Below, piece by piece: positions 63,238 through 64,000 of a stretch of DNA of 64,000 nt (position 1 is its first letter; every line of letters begins with the position of its first letter). The notes beneath the pieces were generated by a model. That model was not told the DNA's origin and searched no databases. It was given only the letters and a program-made list of their open reading frames with translations. The translations under genes and the position numbers were made by a program. The stretch lies in contig CP181291.1 in the NCBI GenBank assembly GCA_052279835.1, forward strand, positions 3,328,001-3,392,000, written 5' to 3'. This DNA comes from Microcoleus sp. (lineage in GTDB: Bacteria; Cyanobacteriota; Cyanobacteriia; Cyanobacteriales; Microcoleaceae).

Positions 63238-64000
63238 TTAAAAGTCTACGCCGCGCTTGAGCTCTACCCCCCGATCGCCGTAGTGTTTGTGACAGTATAC
63301 CTCTGAATGTACACTTGCCAAATCAAAGTAAGCGTGGGGTTTATGACAGCGGCCGGTGATAATGATTTCTGTATCGCGGGGCTTGCGTAGCAAGGCTTCC
63401 ACGATCGGCTCTACCGGCAGCAATTCTAAGTCTACTGTGGGATTGAGTTCATCGAGAATAATTGTTTTATACCAACCGCTGGCGATCGCCGCTTTGGCGA
63501 TTTCCCAACCCCGTTCAGCTTCCGTGCAGTCCAACTCCTGCTGTTGCCCCCGCCAAACTATAGCATCCCGGCCGCACCGTTGGTGATCTACTAGCTGCGG
63601 GTAACTTTGGCGCAAAGCTGCAATTGCCGCGTCTTCGGTATAACCGGTGCCTCCTTTGAGCCACTGCACGATTAACACCCGGTGAGATTGGTCTAAACTA
63701 ATACCTCTGCCGATCGCCTGCAAAGCTTTGCCTAGAGCACTGGTAGACTTTCCTTTCCCCGCACCTGTGTATATTTCAATACCAGAAATATTGTGTTCGG
63801 CTGCTGCGGGGTGGTGGTGGGGCTTCATTTCTGAATGCAAGTCAGCAATATCGAGCAAAGCTTGGGGGGTAGCCCTCCCTGTGGCGATTACTTCTAGATA
63901 TTCTGGTTTGTGTTTGAGGGTTTGGACTACTTCATCTACTGGGAGCAAACCTAGGTCCAAAACGGGGTTTAATTCGTCTAGTACCACTACAGAATATAGC
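63238..64000 (-). CDS. cobO: Cob(I)yrinic acid a,c-diamide adenosyltransferase with tandem duplicated domain (5' end outside window)
   Basis: Two LDELNP..(A/I)TGR units, IYTGAGKGKSTSALG, terminal RGVDF. Confidence 0.9.
   Translation of the reverse strand, partial: LYSVVVLDELNPVLDLGLLPVDEVVQTLKHKPEYLEVIATGRATPQALLDIADLHSEMKPHHHPAAAEHNISGIEIYTGAGKGKSTSALGKALQAIGRGISLDQSHRVLIVQWLKGGTGYTEDAAIAALRQSYPQLVDHQRCGRDAIVWRGQQQELDCTEAERGWEIAKAAIASGWYKTIILDELNPTVDLELLPVEPIVEALLRKPRDTEIIITGRCHKPHAYFDLASVHSEVYCHKHYGDRGVELKRGVDF

Overview
64-kb chromosomal window from a cyanobacterium. Evidence: psbD/psbC/ycf4, very frequent HIP1 octamers GCGATCGC, and short tandem and palindromic dispersed repeats; the repeat content suggests a filamentous Oscillatoriales-type organism (inference). 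Most of it is housekeeping: thiD, minCDE, pilT, mutL, a fabF-like KAS, ycf4-psbD-psbC, eda, pntA1-pntA2-pntB, an lpxB-like gene, cobO, tRNA-Asn and tRNA-Leu. A partial DNA phosphorothioation locus (dndD, dndE) is also present. The most interesting region is 19.7-22.6 kb, a compact three-gene RiPP-like operon. It encodes an AetD-like heme-oxygenase-like diiron oxidase, an 82-aa peptide with five exact TENLDIAHTW repeats (DNA copies differ only at synonymous sites, and a strong hairpin follows), and a flavin-dependent halogenase with a possible C-terminal RRE-like domain. The operon is divergent from a giant Ser/Thr kinase-AAA-GAF-PAS-His kinase gene and lies next to tRNA-Asn. Second is a nested mobile element: an IscB (OMEGA) element with upstream omega-RNA inserted into the last codons of pntA2, itself interrupted by a group II intron whose protein has lost its RT core. 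Removing the intron restores a 429-aa IscB frame. Other oddities are psbD/psbC uncoupled by a TnpB remnant with a duplicated psbD 3' end, four single-base frameshifts (mutL included; assembly artefact or real), a paralog 3' fragment ending at a HIP1 site, and repeat-derived in-frame insertions inside genes. All product calls come from motif recognition in the translated sequence; no database searches were run.
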